From positions 186,806,001 through 186,870,000 of the forward strand of contig OX597814.1 in assembly GCA_951406725.2 (NCBI GenBank): a stretch of DNA of 64,000 bases. The letters are read 5' to 3'. Source of the DNA: Octopus vulgaris (Eukaryota). Shown one piece after another: positions 22,961-37,900 of this stretch (position 1 is its first letter; each line of letters opens with the position of its first letter). The notes beneath the pieces were generated by a model. It saw only the letters and a list, made by a program, of their open reading frames with translations. It was not told the origin of the DNA and made no database searches. Both the position numbers and the translations under genes were made by a program.

Positions 22961-25904
22961 CCTGGTAACTCACCTGAAACAATAGATAGTAAAATACTAT
23001 AATTTTTTCACTACCTTGTAATATGGCAGCTCTCCAAAGCCATTCATTCAATGAGCTTTCTCACTCCCCATTAATTTAAGAATTATTAGAAGTGTTCTCA
23101 GTTATGAGGTCCAAATTCAAATTAATATCAATCCCTCATACAAGAGCAGTAGTATAATTTACACTATTCTAGAAACTACATATGTTTTTGTTAAACTAAT
23201 GTTATAGAATAATACAGTAAAAAAAAAAAGTACTTGTTATGCCAGCACAAAATGGCTTTCAAGCTAGATTCTACCCTAGATCAACTGGATACTGTCCACC
23301 ACCCGGATTCGCATTGACTACTCAGCAAATGATACTTAATCATACATTCATTCATTTCAATATTTGTACTTTGTTTGATAAACAACACTGCTTCTGTCAG
23401 CTGCATTCTACAGGCTTCTTTATATGTATTTTTCACTCATGCTTTCTTCAGTTTTTTTCAGTGAGGGAACAAAACACAAATCTAGCTGAGAACATTTTAT
23501 GGCATTATGAATTCTTTAAAAAAAAAATGAAAACGAGAAAAAAAAAACAGTCCAATGACTGAAACAAGTAAAAGATAAAGATAACCTTAATTTAATAAAT
23601 GCACTACTGAAAAGAAGAGTAAACATGTTGATTGTTTTTCCCAAAACTTGACGGATTTCTTATATTGCTATGTCATCAATGAAAATGGCTTCTATCATTT
23701 ACATACATTTCTTGTGCATCTTTATAGGATAATTCTTACTTATTGCAACTGGCAAAGAGTATTTTGTATCATAATCCAAATATCAAGCACGCAATGTGAA
23801 CAAAATGTTAAAAACAATTAAACATTACTCCCTTTATGAAAGGTCATAAAAGTGTTCATATATTTATTATCTATATTCTTTTTACTTTATTGTCAAGTCA
23901 TTTTAGGTCTAGTTCAGACAACCTTTAATCAGAAGTGTCAAAGACACAAAAGAAGAGTGATAGCAAGAGAAATTTTCACATTATTTGATAAAGAATTGAT
24001 AATTCTTTTTATAAATATAAAGTAACAAGTCACATTATTACATCTAACTAAATCACAAAATATAATCTTTTACATTTCAGTAAATTACTACTACTCATGG
24101 TCCCTACTAGTGCCAACAGTTCACAAGCATTTTAAAGCACAGTGGAACAGAGAAGTGCACACCAATAAATAACTGGAAAGGTCAATAGGTTCAACAAGGC
24201 AATCCTTCATCAAATTAACAGACTTCACTAGATTTTTCCATTGCTTTATCTATTGATAAAAAGACCAATAAACAATCAATACATTGATTGACTGCAAAAC
24301 ATTTACAAATTCTCCATGACTTCAATCAAACAAATGTTGATATTAGCTAGCTTGTCAATAATCTATAAAAAGTGGGGAAAAAAAAAAAGGTAGACAAGTG
24401 ATGATCTTTCAACAACATTGTTGTACATAGTTATTGCATTTATCACAATCACATAAGATTAAAAGTTAAAAGTGAACCCTTTCTATTCCTGCTAATACTA
24501 TTGACATTGCCACAATCAGTTTTGAAATGCCTTGCAGTACCACCTGCTAATCACTTAAACATCGATTCCTAACAGATCAATGGAGTTAAAAGCAAATGAG
24601 CATTTGGGAAAATTTACATAAATATCATTTGAGCTCAGTAACTATTTCAGGCTAGACATGTAGTGGAGTAAAATTCAACTTATTAAAAATTTTTCGTAAG
24701 ATATAATCAACAAACACATACACAAAATTTGATCAAATCAATCATATCCCATTAGACATAAATACTTTTTTTTTAAAATATACTACTACTTAATGATTTA
24801 TTAAAAAGAAAGAAATTAGGTTAGGAGTCCAATCCTCTCTCCAACATGTGTTTTTATGGAATATAATGACAATCAAAAAGTATAACATATAACAAAAAGA
24901 AGTCATGTTTGTAGTCCAACTCAGAGCATAAATTCGTCTTTTTCATATTTTCTAAATTTGAAAATATTTAACTCAGGATAAATGTAGATTAGATTGAGCC
25001 AACAACAATGAATACTATTAGAGATAACACTAATAGATTATTTTCTGTGACTGAGATCCATAGACAATGTGGTAAATTTTTTTCTCTTTTTTTTCCCTCT
25101 GTTTACTTTAACTCCTCACTATGGTTACAGGAGGCCACTCATCAATGTTGCACACTTGTTTAAAACAGTAATCTTGTAATAGTTTGCCATTCACCTGACC
25201 CACGACCACCACCATGTCTACAGCAGTTAGTTTGGTTTTTACATGAGCAACAGTAGTCAATTTCTAAATATTTCTTTCCAAATATTTCATCTACAATACT
25301 ACTGCTCCATGCACACATAGAACCCTCCCTTTACCTCCTCTCTTTCTCTCTCTCTTTTATCTGGTATTTTCTTTCTTTTATGCTACTTTCTATAGTTCTC
25401 TTTCCACTATAATCCCCATCAGTAACAGTATCGTAAATATTTAATACATGTTTTCTTTTCCTTCTGCAAGTACACATTGAACAGGTGTGTGTATATGCAA
25501 CTTTCTAATTGGTCCTGCTATGACTAAATATTTTATTAATCTAAACTCTACATGGTCTGTTCAAACTTCCAGCCTCAAATCAGACAACAATTTCTCAACA
25601 CCTTTTCTAATAGGTCTCACAAGGGATTCACAATTTATGTGCATACCATCTGATGTTTTTGAATTTTTTTTAAATTTTGGCCATGTAAAACTAACAGTGA
25701 CTTTCAGTTAACAAAAATCTTGACTTAAACCACTAAATTGTAGAAAATATGAGAGATTTCTATACTTCAGGTATTAGGAAGAATAATTACTATATCTAAA
25801 GCAAAACAAAATGTGTGCCGTTTTGCTGAAAGTACTTTGTTACATGTGAGCAACTTTTACTCAGTTAAAGCATTAACAAAATAAAGTGAGAAATAATAAG
25901 AAAT

Positions 25905-26135
25905 ACATAGCAAATTTGCAGTGTCATAACAGTATTAGACAGAATGCTTCATGGTATTTGTTCTGGTTCTCTACACTCTGAATTCAAATCCAACCATGGT
26001 CAACTCTCATCCTTTTGAGGTTAATAAAAAATTACCACTCCAAGGCAGTGCATTAGCAGAACTGTAAGAATATTGGACTAGATACTTTGTGGCACTTTTC
26101 CAGCTCTTTGCATTCTGAGTTCAAATCCCACTATT
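25905..26135 (+). mobile_element. Two adjacent decayed SINE family A heads
   Basis: CTCTGAATTCAAATCC..CATCCTTTTGAGGTTAATAAAA, followed by GGCAGTGCATTAGCAGAAC..TTCTGAGTTCAAATCCC. Confidence 0.55.
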
Positions 26136-28054
26136 ACTTGAGTAGACTAAGCCCATTACTCAGTTTAGCACTAACACCTTGGGTGCCTTTAGCTGAGTTC
26201 ACTTTGTTGTGAACATTCAAATTTTGAGCATACCTTCATCCCACCAGTCTCAGAGGCCATATAACAGGTCATGGACACCGCTTCTCCACTAACAAGACGA
26301 TTTTAAAAATACAATAATTAACTGATATTTTAAAATTTAATTTATTTTTCTAAATCATACTCTTACACTTCACTAACAAATCTACTCTCTTCAGTGATTC
26401 TTTTTAACTACAATCCACTTCTTGCTGCTTCTGTTTTTCTCTACTTACATTGATCATTTGATTTTAGATAGCTCATGGATGACTAGAGATACTGGTTTAT
26501 TATTATCATCAACAGCAGCACTATCTTATATATATATATTCTATATATTTTATATCCTACAAGCCCCCTTTCTTCCATGACCATTAAAGTTAGTATTTCA
26601 AAGAAGACTGAGGTTTTGTTTTATATTATCATCATTGGTTTTATATCCATTTTCTCATTCTGGCAAGGTTTGTATCACCACTCTCTAATTGTCTCTGTCC
26701 TTTGTATGCTTTCTACATAGTAATAAATGTTTTCAACAGTTTCCTTTGATGTTTCCTCTTCAAAGATTGCGTGTTTATTATCTCTTTTTGTTGTAAAATC
26801 TACAGTGAACATTTAGTTCTTCTGATATTTCATTCACTTGATAACTACAAAATTGCTATTTCAAATTCTAGGGTTTCTATTCAATGGATTCAACCATTAC
26901 TTATGGACTACAGACATATCCAGTGTAAAATTACGAAGGAAAGATTTTCAAAGAAGCATGGATCTCTTTTCTATACATTCCATCAAGAGCATCTAAATTA
27001 TATACATCTAGAGAAATGTAATTCTTGCATGATAAGCAATTAAAGCTGACCAATGGACATGTAGAACTCTTCTTCGTTTGCTATAATAGGTAGTGGTTGC
27101 TCAGAAAATGACACAGCAAAACAATTTAATATTCAATGGACAAATAGTGTTGATAGTATTCCAAACTCCATTCCTAAAGTGTTTCATAAACTGATATCAA
27201 TAAATTTATTTCCAGTGGTTATGCAAAATACAAGTAAAATTCTACTCAAAAGGAGACATTGCTTCTATCCTATAACCATAGTTTATTAATTCTAAAATAT
27301 TCTTGTTGCCTAAGTCTTATTCCAACATAATGTATCTAAAACTACACCATCCAATGTACAGAGGATAAAACAGAGATTTTACTGCAAATTACAGCAGTAT
27401 AAAGATCCTTCACTGGTTGCAGTGACGATATCAATTCAAAAATCCAGATTCGAAAGATTTGCTTACCTGTTACATATGATTTAATTTCTTTGATTAGTAT
27501 GCTAGATTTAATAAGCTTTAATGACTTGACTCTGCTATTAGTGTATATTTTCTTCATGCCTGAGGATACCTACACAGAAGTGTAACCTACCAAACTATCA
27601 ATCAATTATTTATTCCAATGGCTAATCATGATATAACAGGTAATATTATACTCCAGTCGATTGAGAATATTTGTCAATCCCAGCAACTTTAGATCTATAG
27701 TACATAATTATCACATCTTTTCTTCTAATTTCTTTGATTTATATAATATATAAACTTAATGCTAAGATATAGTGTATTGAAACTTATTCAAATCTTATTT
27801 ATTCCAAATTTGATTAAAACATTCTTTCTTTTTCAATGAAAGTCTTGATCAACATGTCAATGGCTTTCCATTTTTATGATTATTCATGACCCTTTCTAAT
27901 ATACACAAGGGGATAATGCAATCTGATAAGGAAGAATTATATAACATCAATCTTAAATATATTTTTGTATTTCTTCTTTTTAGTACACATTACTAACAAT
28001 CTTTATCATTAGAAAGTGTGATGCATAGTAAATGATATGATAGAATAAGAATGT

Positions 28055-28345
28055 GAAGGCATGCAGTTTAGTGATTAATGTATTTGGCTCAAGGTCATGA
28101 GTTCAATTCCCAACAGCATGTTGTGTCCTTCAGCAAGACATTTTATTTCATATTGCTCCAGTCCATTCAATTGGCAAAAATGAGTTTGTACCTGCAATTC
28201 AATGGGCCTCAGTGTATCATGCTGAATCTCCCTGAGAACTATATTAAAAGTATGTGTCTCTGTGGAATACACACATTACTTTCACAAGCAGGCTTTTTCA
28301 TTAATCAAATCAACTGGAACAGTGATCATCATAACCAACGGAATG
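28055..28345 (+). mobile_element. tRNA-type SINE (family C)
   Basis: GGCATGCAGTTTAGTGATTAATG..GAGTTCAATTCC..GTTGTGTCCTTCAGCAAGACATTTTATTTC; related antisense fragments near 36850-37040. Confidence 0.6.
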
Positions 28346-29759
28346 CCCAGCCAGCAGGGTGAGAATAATGCAATGATCCTTTGAAACGTTGATACTTTTA
28401 AGAATCAAGATTTATAATTTGCTGAAAATAAAAGGAATTATCTTTGATACTTATGAAAAGGAAATTTCCAGAGATGTTATTATCTTGTCAGCATAAAGGA
28501 CATCTTAAAGGTTTTACATGGTCTAAAGCTCTAAATCTATCCATGTAACTGTTAATTTAACTGCAAGTTGTGTAGCTTATCTTTCAAATCTCTAAATATA
28601 TGTAAAGGGTCAAATCCAAATGATTGAAACATTCTATTAAAAGGTTCAGGATCTCTTGCAGAGCGTTGCAAAATAAGACAGAACAAATGCCTTTGATTTA
28701 CTTCTAGTTACAAAAAAAAAAATAATATTTTTGCAGAGTTTTCCTTGAATCTCAGAATGAGAAATTCATTGTATGCCAACAATGTTAAAGTGAAGAAATT
28801 CTTTAACAAACATGACTACTGCTTTTGCCATCACATCCACCATATTGACAATAATAATTTCATACTTTATGTTATGTCTTCGTGTTAACTCAATAATAAG
28901 TCAATTCTTCTTGAGCTTTGTTGGATGTGATGGTAGGCAACCAAGCTGGACTTTTCCTTTGCACCAATACAGGGACAACTCCTTGTCCCACAAGACATCA
29001 CAACAACAGTTAACACTGTTGTGTAATCTGCTTTTTAATGAATGGTTATAATTTATTCCATTATTTACTCTTTTATTCTGTAATGTCTTCTGAACCTATT
29101 TCATTTTTTTTTTTTTTTGTATAGACAGTGTTCATACTCTGTGGATATTTTCCTTGACTTTCTATCTGTTCACAGAAGGAGAATCAAAAGGTTTAAATCA
29201 ATTTCTGTAAAACTAAGTGAAAAACATTATTTATTTATACTTAGGAAGCTAGAGTATGATAAAAGCCAAAGGGTCCAAAGAGATTCATATATAATTATCA
29301 ATTGTATATCCATATGATGCATTCATACACCAAAGTACAAACAAAATTACAGACTGTTTGAAGTATGAGCTGTTTACTAATTTGAAATAGTGCTTTCAGG
29401 GCCTACACTCAAATAATAAGAACTACAGTATTTTTTTTAGAAAAACATTGTTTACATATTTCTTTTTTATTTTTATTTATGATGGACTAATTTGAAGTGA
29501 GAACTGTCAAGTAATTTAAAGTAGTGCTTTGTTTTGCATGGCTTTGTAATGATGACACTAATACACAATGTATTCATCCACAAAACATTACAGTAAATAA
29601 GCCAGTGGACTAATTCAAATCACAGACTTAAGTAATTTAAAGTAGTGATTTGCCCTATGTAGTTCCACAAATGGCAAAATATGCTTCATGGATTTGCCAT
29701 TTTTTCTTTCTGTTTAGTGAAATAGTTTGTGAGTATGCAATAGTTTTTGGTTTTCATCT

Positions 29760-30393
29760 TGCTTACAATTTTTCTATTTGAAACCACAATCCAGCATCAC
29801 TATCCCATTTTTCTGATCTGCCCTGTGGTGATTTTGGTCAAACAGCAGTAAGCGTGCAATATTTTGGATTTTATTTTTCTTATGATTTTTTCCTTTTTGA
29901 AACAAAAATCCAGCATCATTTTCCTTGGAAATATAGAGAAAATTCATCAACTTGTGCATGAGGATTGTTAGAGGACAATCAACATTTTGAAGCATTTGAA
30001 GGAGGACACTCAGCAAAAACAACTGGGTCTGTGAAGTGCAAAGAATTGGATTCTTTGCAACACTCATGAGTTTCTTGCCAAAAACAACATGGCATCACTT
30101 CTGCACCTGTCCTGTTTGCCAGATTTAGCACCTGTGGACTCCCATCTCTTCCCCGAGATGAAAATGCAGTTCAAAGATCACCATGTTAACACTGTTGCTG
30201 AGCAAATTGCAAAAGGGCCTCGACTCACTTATGGAAAAAGACTTCCAGGCTGGATTCCAAAAGTGGCAGGAATGCTGGAATCAGTGTATTACTGCCCAAG
30301 GTAACTATTTCAAAGGAGATGATGTTAAAACTTAGGTAAATAAGCTATTTTTTATTAAACATAAGTCCAAGAACCTTTTGATACTATCTCACA
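29760..30393 (+). mobile_element. Internally deleted mariner element
   Basis: LHLSCLPDLAPVDSHLFP (decayed YSPDLAP.D..LF) and right TIR GAACCTTTTGATACTATCTCA; same family as 41501-42257. Left boundary is approximate. Confidence 0.75.
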
Positions 30394-30504
30394 TGTTATA
30401 AACTTGGTACTAAATATTAGGTTTTATATGATTACCCCATAGTCTGTATGTTATATTTCAAACAAGGTGCAAAGATGGCTACATACATGTATGGCGAAAC
30501 AGTC

Positions 30505-30696
30505 ATGGCTGTGTGGTTAGGATGTTAACTTCTCAACCATGTGGTTTCGAGTTAAGTCACACTACACAGCACTTAAGGCAAATGCCTTCTTCTATAGCTC
30601 TAGGTTGACCAAAGTCTTGAGAGCAGATTTGGTTGATGGAAACTGAAAGAAGCCCAAATTGAATGCATGCATGCATGCATACATACATACATACAT

Positions 30697-30736
<40 letters not shown>

Positions 30737-31010
30737 ACATACATACATACATATGCATGTTGCATGTATGTGTTTGATTACATTCAAGCTTCTTTGAAAA
30801 TCTCAGAGCCACAAGCAGTGATACTGTTTCCATTTTCTCTGCCAATAAATCATTTGCTGGTTGTGTGCCTTTGATGATATCCTGAATAAGACATCCGCTA
30901 TATGGAAAACAGTTATGGGTTAGTGACAGGAATGGCATTTGGCTGTAAGAAAAATGCTTCAACAATCTGTTCATTAAAAGCATGCCAGCATTAAAAAATA
31001 GATGTAAAAA
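30505..31010 (+). mobile_element. tRNA-type SINE family B with internal (CATA)n(CA)n
   Basis: TGGCTGTGTGGTTAG..GTTTCGAGTTAAGTC..TTTGGTTGATGGAAACTGAAAGAAGCCC; tail GACAGGAATGGCATTTGGCTGTAAGAAAA. Confidence 0.7.
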
Positions 31011-32439
31011 CAAACTAACAAATTTATACTTCACTTTTTGAGAGATCTAAACTAAGGGTGCAGACATGACTATTTGGTTCATAAGTTCCCATTGCAATTA
31101 TGTAGTTTCTGATTAGATTCCAGGACATAGTATTTGCAATAAGAAAATTAATCTACGTGCATAATCTACCACAGTCTTGTGCTAAGCTAGTCTTATGAGT
31201 AAAATTAAGTAAACAGAAATTTAGTAGAAACTGCCATGAAACAGAAAATCTTTGTGGGTAAAGGACCTAATCTATCCTAAGGCTTAATATCTCCAACTGA
31301 CCTTTGGGTTCTTTTTGCAGAGTCCAGTATGTTACAAGCTTTCAGATAAAGTCTCTGGTCTGAGGATAGGTCCTGAAAAAAGATCTTTATGCTGCCTTTC
31401 CTCCTCTAGCTATGCTGTAAAAATTAAACATTTCCATACTCTGCATATTGACAGTCATTAGGTCAGACTAAGCATAACAGATCTAGAAAGTTTAATTTGT
31501 GGGTCACAACCAATCATTACTCATTTACTTCTGCCATCACTCCAATCAATAATATTTTTGCAATCAGTAGAATGAGTATTGCCTTATTTTTCCAATTATC
31601 TGTCAATGTTGTCTATGAATTTAAATTCTTCACTTCATAAGCCATACTTGATGTTTCAGTCCCCACCTAGTTCAACTGCGATTGCAGTACATCATGTGCA
31701 CCTATTGACTGCACTTTTAGCAAAATACTTAGTTATCCTCTTACTGAATATTGCCTCCCAATATTGACTGAAGATGTACTTATGTTCATCTTAGACACAT
31801 TTACTACCAAGCTTTTTAATTCAAGCCTGTTAATACACATTTCAAATTTATTCTGAATTTCTTGGATTAACTGCATGATGAAAACTAGATTAAATGTATA
31901 AAAGAAGCTTCTATAGCATCCCAACTAAAATTCCATAAAAATTTCAGTATTAAAGAAGAAAAAGGAAAATAGTGTCAGAACATCACCTAAATCATGAATA
32001 TTTCTCACTGCATTTAATACAATATTCTGAAAATACTTCTCAAAATTTCTTCATATGTGACCTGAACTATACTTACAAGGTGTATTCAAGGTACACATTT
32101 AAATATTGCTCACATTATCATAAGTTAATATCTCTCTATTGTAATTGTTTTGTTCCCAGAACAAGGCACCAAACCATGTTTGGGTCAGTTTGTTTGACCA
32201 ATTAAAAAAAAAAGAGTGCTTCATTCCTACTTGAGTGGTTAGCAATATGTGGTCTCCAGCTCTAAAAAATACAAAAAAAAGGTTAATCCCACCAACATAA
32301 GCATGAAAAAGTAGATGTAAGCTATTAAAGCATTGTGTTAATTTTTTATGAATTTCCTAGACTTTACAAGAAAATTCACAAATTTATGAAAAGCTTTCTT
32401 TATCTAAGAGTGCAATAAACTTTTTGGTAGAGCTGTTCT

Positions 32440-33625
32440 GCTAGAGAACAGGTTGCAGATTGTGGATAATGATACAGCCACCAGGTATGATTGCAAGATA
32501 AGTAGGCTGCAACATGTTTTCGAGAAATTGTGGAAGTATGGTCAAGCAGTATATGCTTGCTTCATACACTTTAAAAAGGCATACAATGCACTAAATGAGA
32601 CATGTTGTGGATGGTTCTGCAGGAGTATGGGATCTTGTTGCCTTGAATTCCCTATATGAATACCCTAGTATTTGTGTTCAGATTAATGGTGCTAAGTCTA
32701 AACCATTTAATGTGGATGTTGGACTCTGCCAAAGATGTATACTGTTACTTCTCTTGTTCATAATCCCTATGGGCAGGGTTGACATGTGCAACCGAGTTGG
32801 AAGTGGTATTGAGAGAGATGGGTGTAGGATCAGTCAAATGGAATTTGCAGATGACATGATACTACTCAACTTGTCAGAAGGTGATCTTCAACATGCACTT
32901 GATAGGTTTGCTGCGAAGTGCTGCACAGCAGGAACGAAAATCAGTTCAGCAAAGACCAAGACACTTGTCTTTTCAAGGAAGACTGCACAATGCATTCTAC
33001 ATGTGAGTAGAGTCCACTGAAGCAGGTGGAAAAATTCAAGTACAGCAGGGCCATTTTTATAAATGATGGAAGGCAAGTGGCTAAATTAAGTGCAAGAAAT
33101 GCAAGAGCTGGTGCAGTAGTATGCCAGTTTCAACATTCAGTCAGTGTAAAGACCACACTTGCTATTTTCAATTCAGTGTTTGTGCCTACTCTTACCTATG
33201 GTCATGGATTTTGGGTATTGACCAAAATAATATGATCGTGAATACAAGTGGCTGAGATGGGGTTCCTTCGAAGGGTCTTTGGAGTAACATTACTTAATAG
33301 AGTGTGTAGCTCAGAGATCTGAGAGGTACACCAGGTAGAGCTCCTACTTCTCCAAACTGAGAGATCACAACTCCAATACAATGGCCACATGGTAAGAATA
33401 TCTCAAGATAGTATCACTGGACAGGTTTTACAGGCAAAACCAATTGCCAGGAGATCCAGGGGGTAAACCACAAACAAGACGACTGGATAACATCCATGAG
33501 CTCAGTTGGTCTTGCTTGGGGATCCAGCTGGATCAATTAGAGATGGCTGCTTCTGACAGGCCCCAATGGAAGGCATGCTTGAGGACTCTGTACACACAAC
33601 TCCCAGGAATAACTGGGCAAAGAAG
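32440..33625 (+). mobile_element. RTE-clade LINE relic of a second family (Expander/Rex3-like)
   Basis: FIHFKKAYN, EFADDMILL, FVPTLTYGHGFW, AEMGFLRRVFGVT, GGKPQTRRLDNI across frameshifted ORFs. Confidence 0.85.
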
Positions 33626-34115
33626 AGGAGATAAACTCCGTGTTATGTACTCTTGCAAGTGTTTCACAATTTTTGCTTTCACATTAAAGCATAAATTAAA
33701 ATGATATTCTATATTGATATATTTCATCCAGTAATGATCTTGTAACTCTTTGTACTACATTTAATTAATTCATTAGTGCAGGCTTTCTATAATCTTTTCC
33801 TAAACATTATCTTTGTCTTGATAGCAGCTTATATGGTACTTCAATTACTATGTATACTCCTCTGCATCCTGATGCTTTCATCATTTCAGCTACTATGTTT
33901 GATCAAGATTTGCAGTAGTTGACATAAATTTTTGTTAATTATTTTGCTCACCATCTCTTATATAATCACTGCAACTGGTTTTTTATTTGGTACCACTGGA
34001 AGTTGGCTCACTTGAATTATTTCATATCTTATAATTACTTCTGATGAATATTTAAACAATCATATTCAGATTCTCAAATAAAATTTATTCATAATAGTCA
34101 AATTTAAATAATAAA

Positions 34116-34470
34116 TGTGGCTGTGTGGTAAGAAGTTTGCTTCCCAACCACATGGTTCCATGTTTAATCCCACTGCGTGGCACTTTTGGAAAGTGTCTTT
34201 TTCTATAGCCCCAGGCCAACCAAAGCCTTGTGAGTGGATTTGGTAGATGGAAACTGAAAGAAGCCCATCATGTGTATGTTTGTTTGTCCCCCCTACCACT
34301 TGACAACTGGTGCTGGTGTGTTTATGTCCCTGTAACTTTGCAGTTTGGCAAAAAGAGACCAATAGAATAAGTATCGGGCTTTAAAAAATAAGTACTGGGG
34401 TCGATACATTTGACTAGAGATTCTTCAAGGCAGTGCCCCAGCGTGGCCACAGTCTAATGATTGAAATAAG
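34116..34470 (+). mobile_element. tRNA-type SINE family B, near full length
   Basis: A-box-like TGGCTGTGTGG and B-box-like GTTTAATCC. The 3' end GGCAGTGCCCCAGCGTGGCCACAG..TGAAA matches the CR1-like LINE tail (51278-51315). Confidence 0.85.
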
Positions 34471-34804
34471 AAAAAAAACGAGTAAACTTGTAATTATTGA
34501 TGTTTTTGTTTAAACACTTCTCTAGAGTTACTGAATTATTTTCTGTTGGTTACCACAATCAAAACTATCATCACCATCATTTTCATCTCCCTGCACCTAC
34601 CTCTATGGTAACCTTTTACAGTGATGGTCTGAATGAAAATTTTTACTAATTTCTTGGTTTTTTAAATACATATTTACTAGCAGTTCTCATATACATTCAT
34701 ACAAGTTCCTGGGGATATCAGAAAATATTGCTTACAAAAACTGAGAAGACAGACAGCTTTCCATCTTCCTCGGTGCTATTATCAACATTACTATCAAGGG
34801 CCAT

Positions 34805-34945
34805 GTATAGATAGCAGCCAAATTCCTTTCAAATTTCACCCTACTATCTTAAAAAAAAAAGGACATTTTGCATAATGGAGTCTATCAGGAAATAAAATAG
34901 GATGAAATGCTTTGATCATAGGCCTTGCTTGATCGGAGCTGATCA
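34805..34945 (+). repeat. Unclassified short interspersed repeat
   Basis: ATAGCAGCCAAAT..TCAAAT..CACCCTAC..TTTGATCATAGG; related copies at about 55420-55555 (+), 36075-36210 (-) and 44695-44880 (-). Confidence 0.55.
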
Positions 34946-37900
34946 ATACCATCATGATCATTGTTGTCATCTAATAATAGTACAGATTTAATTTTTTGAG
35001 ATAATTTTTGGTACACTGGTTGTTACTGATACTGAAATATTTTAGCAAATCTATCACACTTATAATAAATATAGATATAGTATATTTGCTTTGGTTAACA
35101 CTCATGTTACTGCTGTTTATGCCTTTCAAATTCTTGCTATCATCATGTTTACTGCTTGAAAAGAACATGCATTTTTATCCAAATTGATAAAAGAAAAAAG
35201 AGAAGTGTTATTTTTAAAAACCCACAATATGAAAATGTAAGATCAATGATATTGATTTGCCTAGGAGGTGGGCTATATAAGCCAAATATAGGTTAATTAT
35301 GGAAGTGTGTCAACAACTACCAATCAACATAGGAAATACTGTTAGGTGTCAGTTAATAATTGAATAACTATATTTGCTACCATGAAAAAAATTTACTCCA
35401 TTAATAAAAAAAATTTTTTTAAAGTACAAAAGATACTACTATATGTCTCCTTCATCTGAAAGTAAATTACTTGGTGATGCTGTATTTCAAAATAAGTACA
35501 AACAATTGGTGCATTGTCCACTTGTAATAAAGATTCAAAAGTGATAGGAACATAGCTTTATGATTGGTTGGTTAGTTTCAGTCTGGTCTGTAAATATGTA
35601 ATTTATTAGCTATAACTTTTAGCAAGTGTTGCAATTGGTCAAGTCAACAGCTGAAAGAACAGTAGTTCTGTATTCAGTTAGTGGTGTTGCATTGTGTCCT
35701 TGGCACAGTCAATTCTCAATGGTCCAGCCTACTTAAATGTAAATAATTATCATATGTACAGTTCTCTGCATTTAACAATAAAGGGGGCAGCTGTATAAAA
35801 CCGACAACAGCTTCTGTATTGAACTACAAAGCCTAGTACGGGTTATTAGTTATATTAGCAGAGACACTGCCAAGAGGGAAGAGTTCTAGTCATTATGGTT
35901 AGGATATACATCATAAAGAATGACAGTTATAAAAATATATGCATCTAATCTAAATTATGGAGTTCTATGTCAGATGATGTTTATTTGGTGTATAACATAC
36001 ATCCATACATGTTGAACATTTTCTCAACATTACAATATAAATTTTTGTGCAAAATAAACTTTGGTACTGTCATGTAGTCCCAGATCAGCAGTAGTAATAA
36101 GCATTCTAGTCAACAATCCTGTTGTTTGAATATCAGGATCTACACTGTTCAATAGAGCCTTTATTTAAGGATGTGATTTGTAAGACATTTGGATGCTAGG
36201 TTGATAGACCATGTGTCTACTACCTGATTAACAAAATAGTAAATAAACTATATTTCTCATTCTCACTTCCTTTTTCTAACCCTCCTTCACTCCTCTATTA
36301 TTTACGTAAATATTTAGATTTCTAACAAATCTAAAACATATAAAAGAACGCTGTAAAACTGTATAAAAACAAACATATTATATTCTTAACTAGTGTACAT
36401 ATACCATCAATAACAATGTCAAATATGTTCATCTTAAGTAAATGTATTGAAAATCCTTACAAAAGAAACTGAAAATATATACGATTTATTAATGGTTGTT
36501 GCAAATGTCAGACTAACAGAACATTGACATCTATTAAAAGTAAAAGGAAGATTGATATCACTGTATGTTAAATTTAACTCTAAGATTAATACCTCCTCTC
36601 ATTTCTTACTGCCTGTCAATAACTGTCAACATTCAAGGTACCCACTATGCACACATATATGCACAAAAGCAGTCTGTACAAATGCATGCACAGCTCATAA
36701 TACACACACACACACACACAAATACACACACAGTCACACAACTTACACTCCCTCTCAGTCACATATATATATTAACACAAAAGTAAATGAAACTCAGTTC
36801 TGACAATGAGAATTCAATTATTCAAACAGTTGAACTGCCCACTCAGTAACTTGCATGTAAGCAGCTGAATATTCCACACACAGACATATGTACCTTAACA
36901 TAACCTTCAGTCAGAACCAGCGTGGCAGTGTGTGAAAAAAAAACGCCTTTGAATACTGTTCATCTTTTATAGTATTACACAGATACATGTACTCTTATTA
37001 TAATACTCAGCTAGAAACAGCAAGACAATGTGTAACAGGACTGCAAATCTGACATACAATACAACCAACAGTTTCCACCTACCCAATTTCACATACAAAG
37101 CTCAAAAAACCTGAGTGTGATTGTAGAGTGAACTTCTGAACTAGTCAACCCTATTGCATCTACTTAAAAACATAAACACACATAAGAACATGCACACACA
37201 TCAAGAATTAGCAAAGATTATGTAATATCATAGTACACATAAAAAATTATGAAAATTATATGTGATGATGCATTATCAATTGAATAGTTTTGCTTATAAA
37301 TAACTCTTTATACATATATGGAAATGTGTCTAATGAATAAATCTTCTGGCAAGTTGAAATATTTTTCAGGAAAATAAAAGACATTCAAAATTTCCATGCT
37401 CATTAGTTGCATACAAACAGTATTAGTTGTTGTACAATGAAAAACTAAACACAATAATTACATTGTTGCATTGTGTGTGTGTAGGGGATAAGTATGTGTT
37501 TGTGTACATGCATATATATTTTTAAGAGAAATGTTGTGTGTACATACAAACACACACACACACACACACACACATGTATGTATATGAGAGAGCGAATGCG
37601 TAAGAAAGTGTATGTGCCAATATTTATAAATTCCATCCAAATCCATGGTTGCATGAAAAATAGATGTTAAATGTTCAAACACACATATATACATCATGTG
37701 AGTGTGCATGTGTGTGTGTATACTTACATACACAACAAATGAGATGAAAATGCTCAAATGATCATGGAAGAGGCAGGTGACACAACTACAGTGACAAAAT
37801 AGCTCTAAGATAAGTCTGGTAAATTGTGAGATTTGGGCTTTGGCATAGACAGACAATGAGCAGGTTGTCAAAGTTGGGACACATTTTCATTTCAGTTGTA

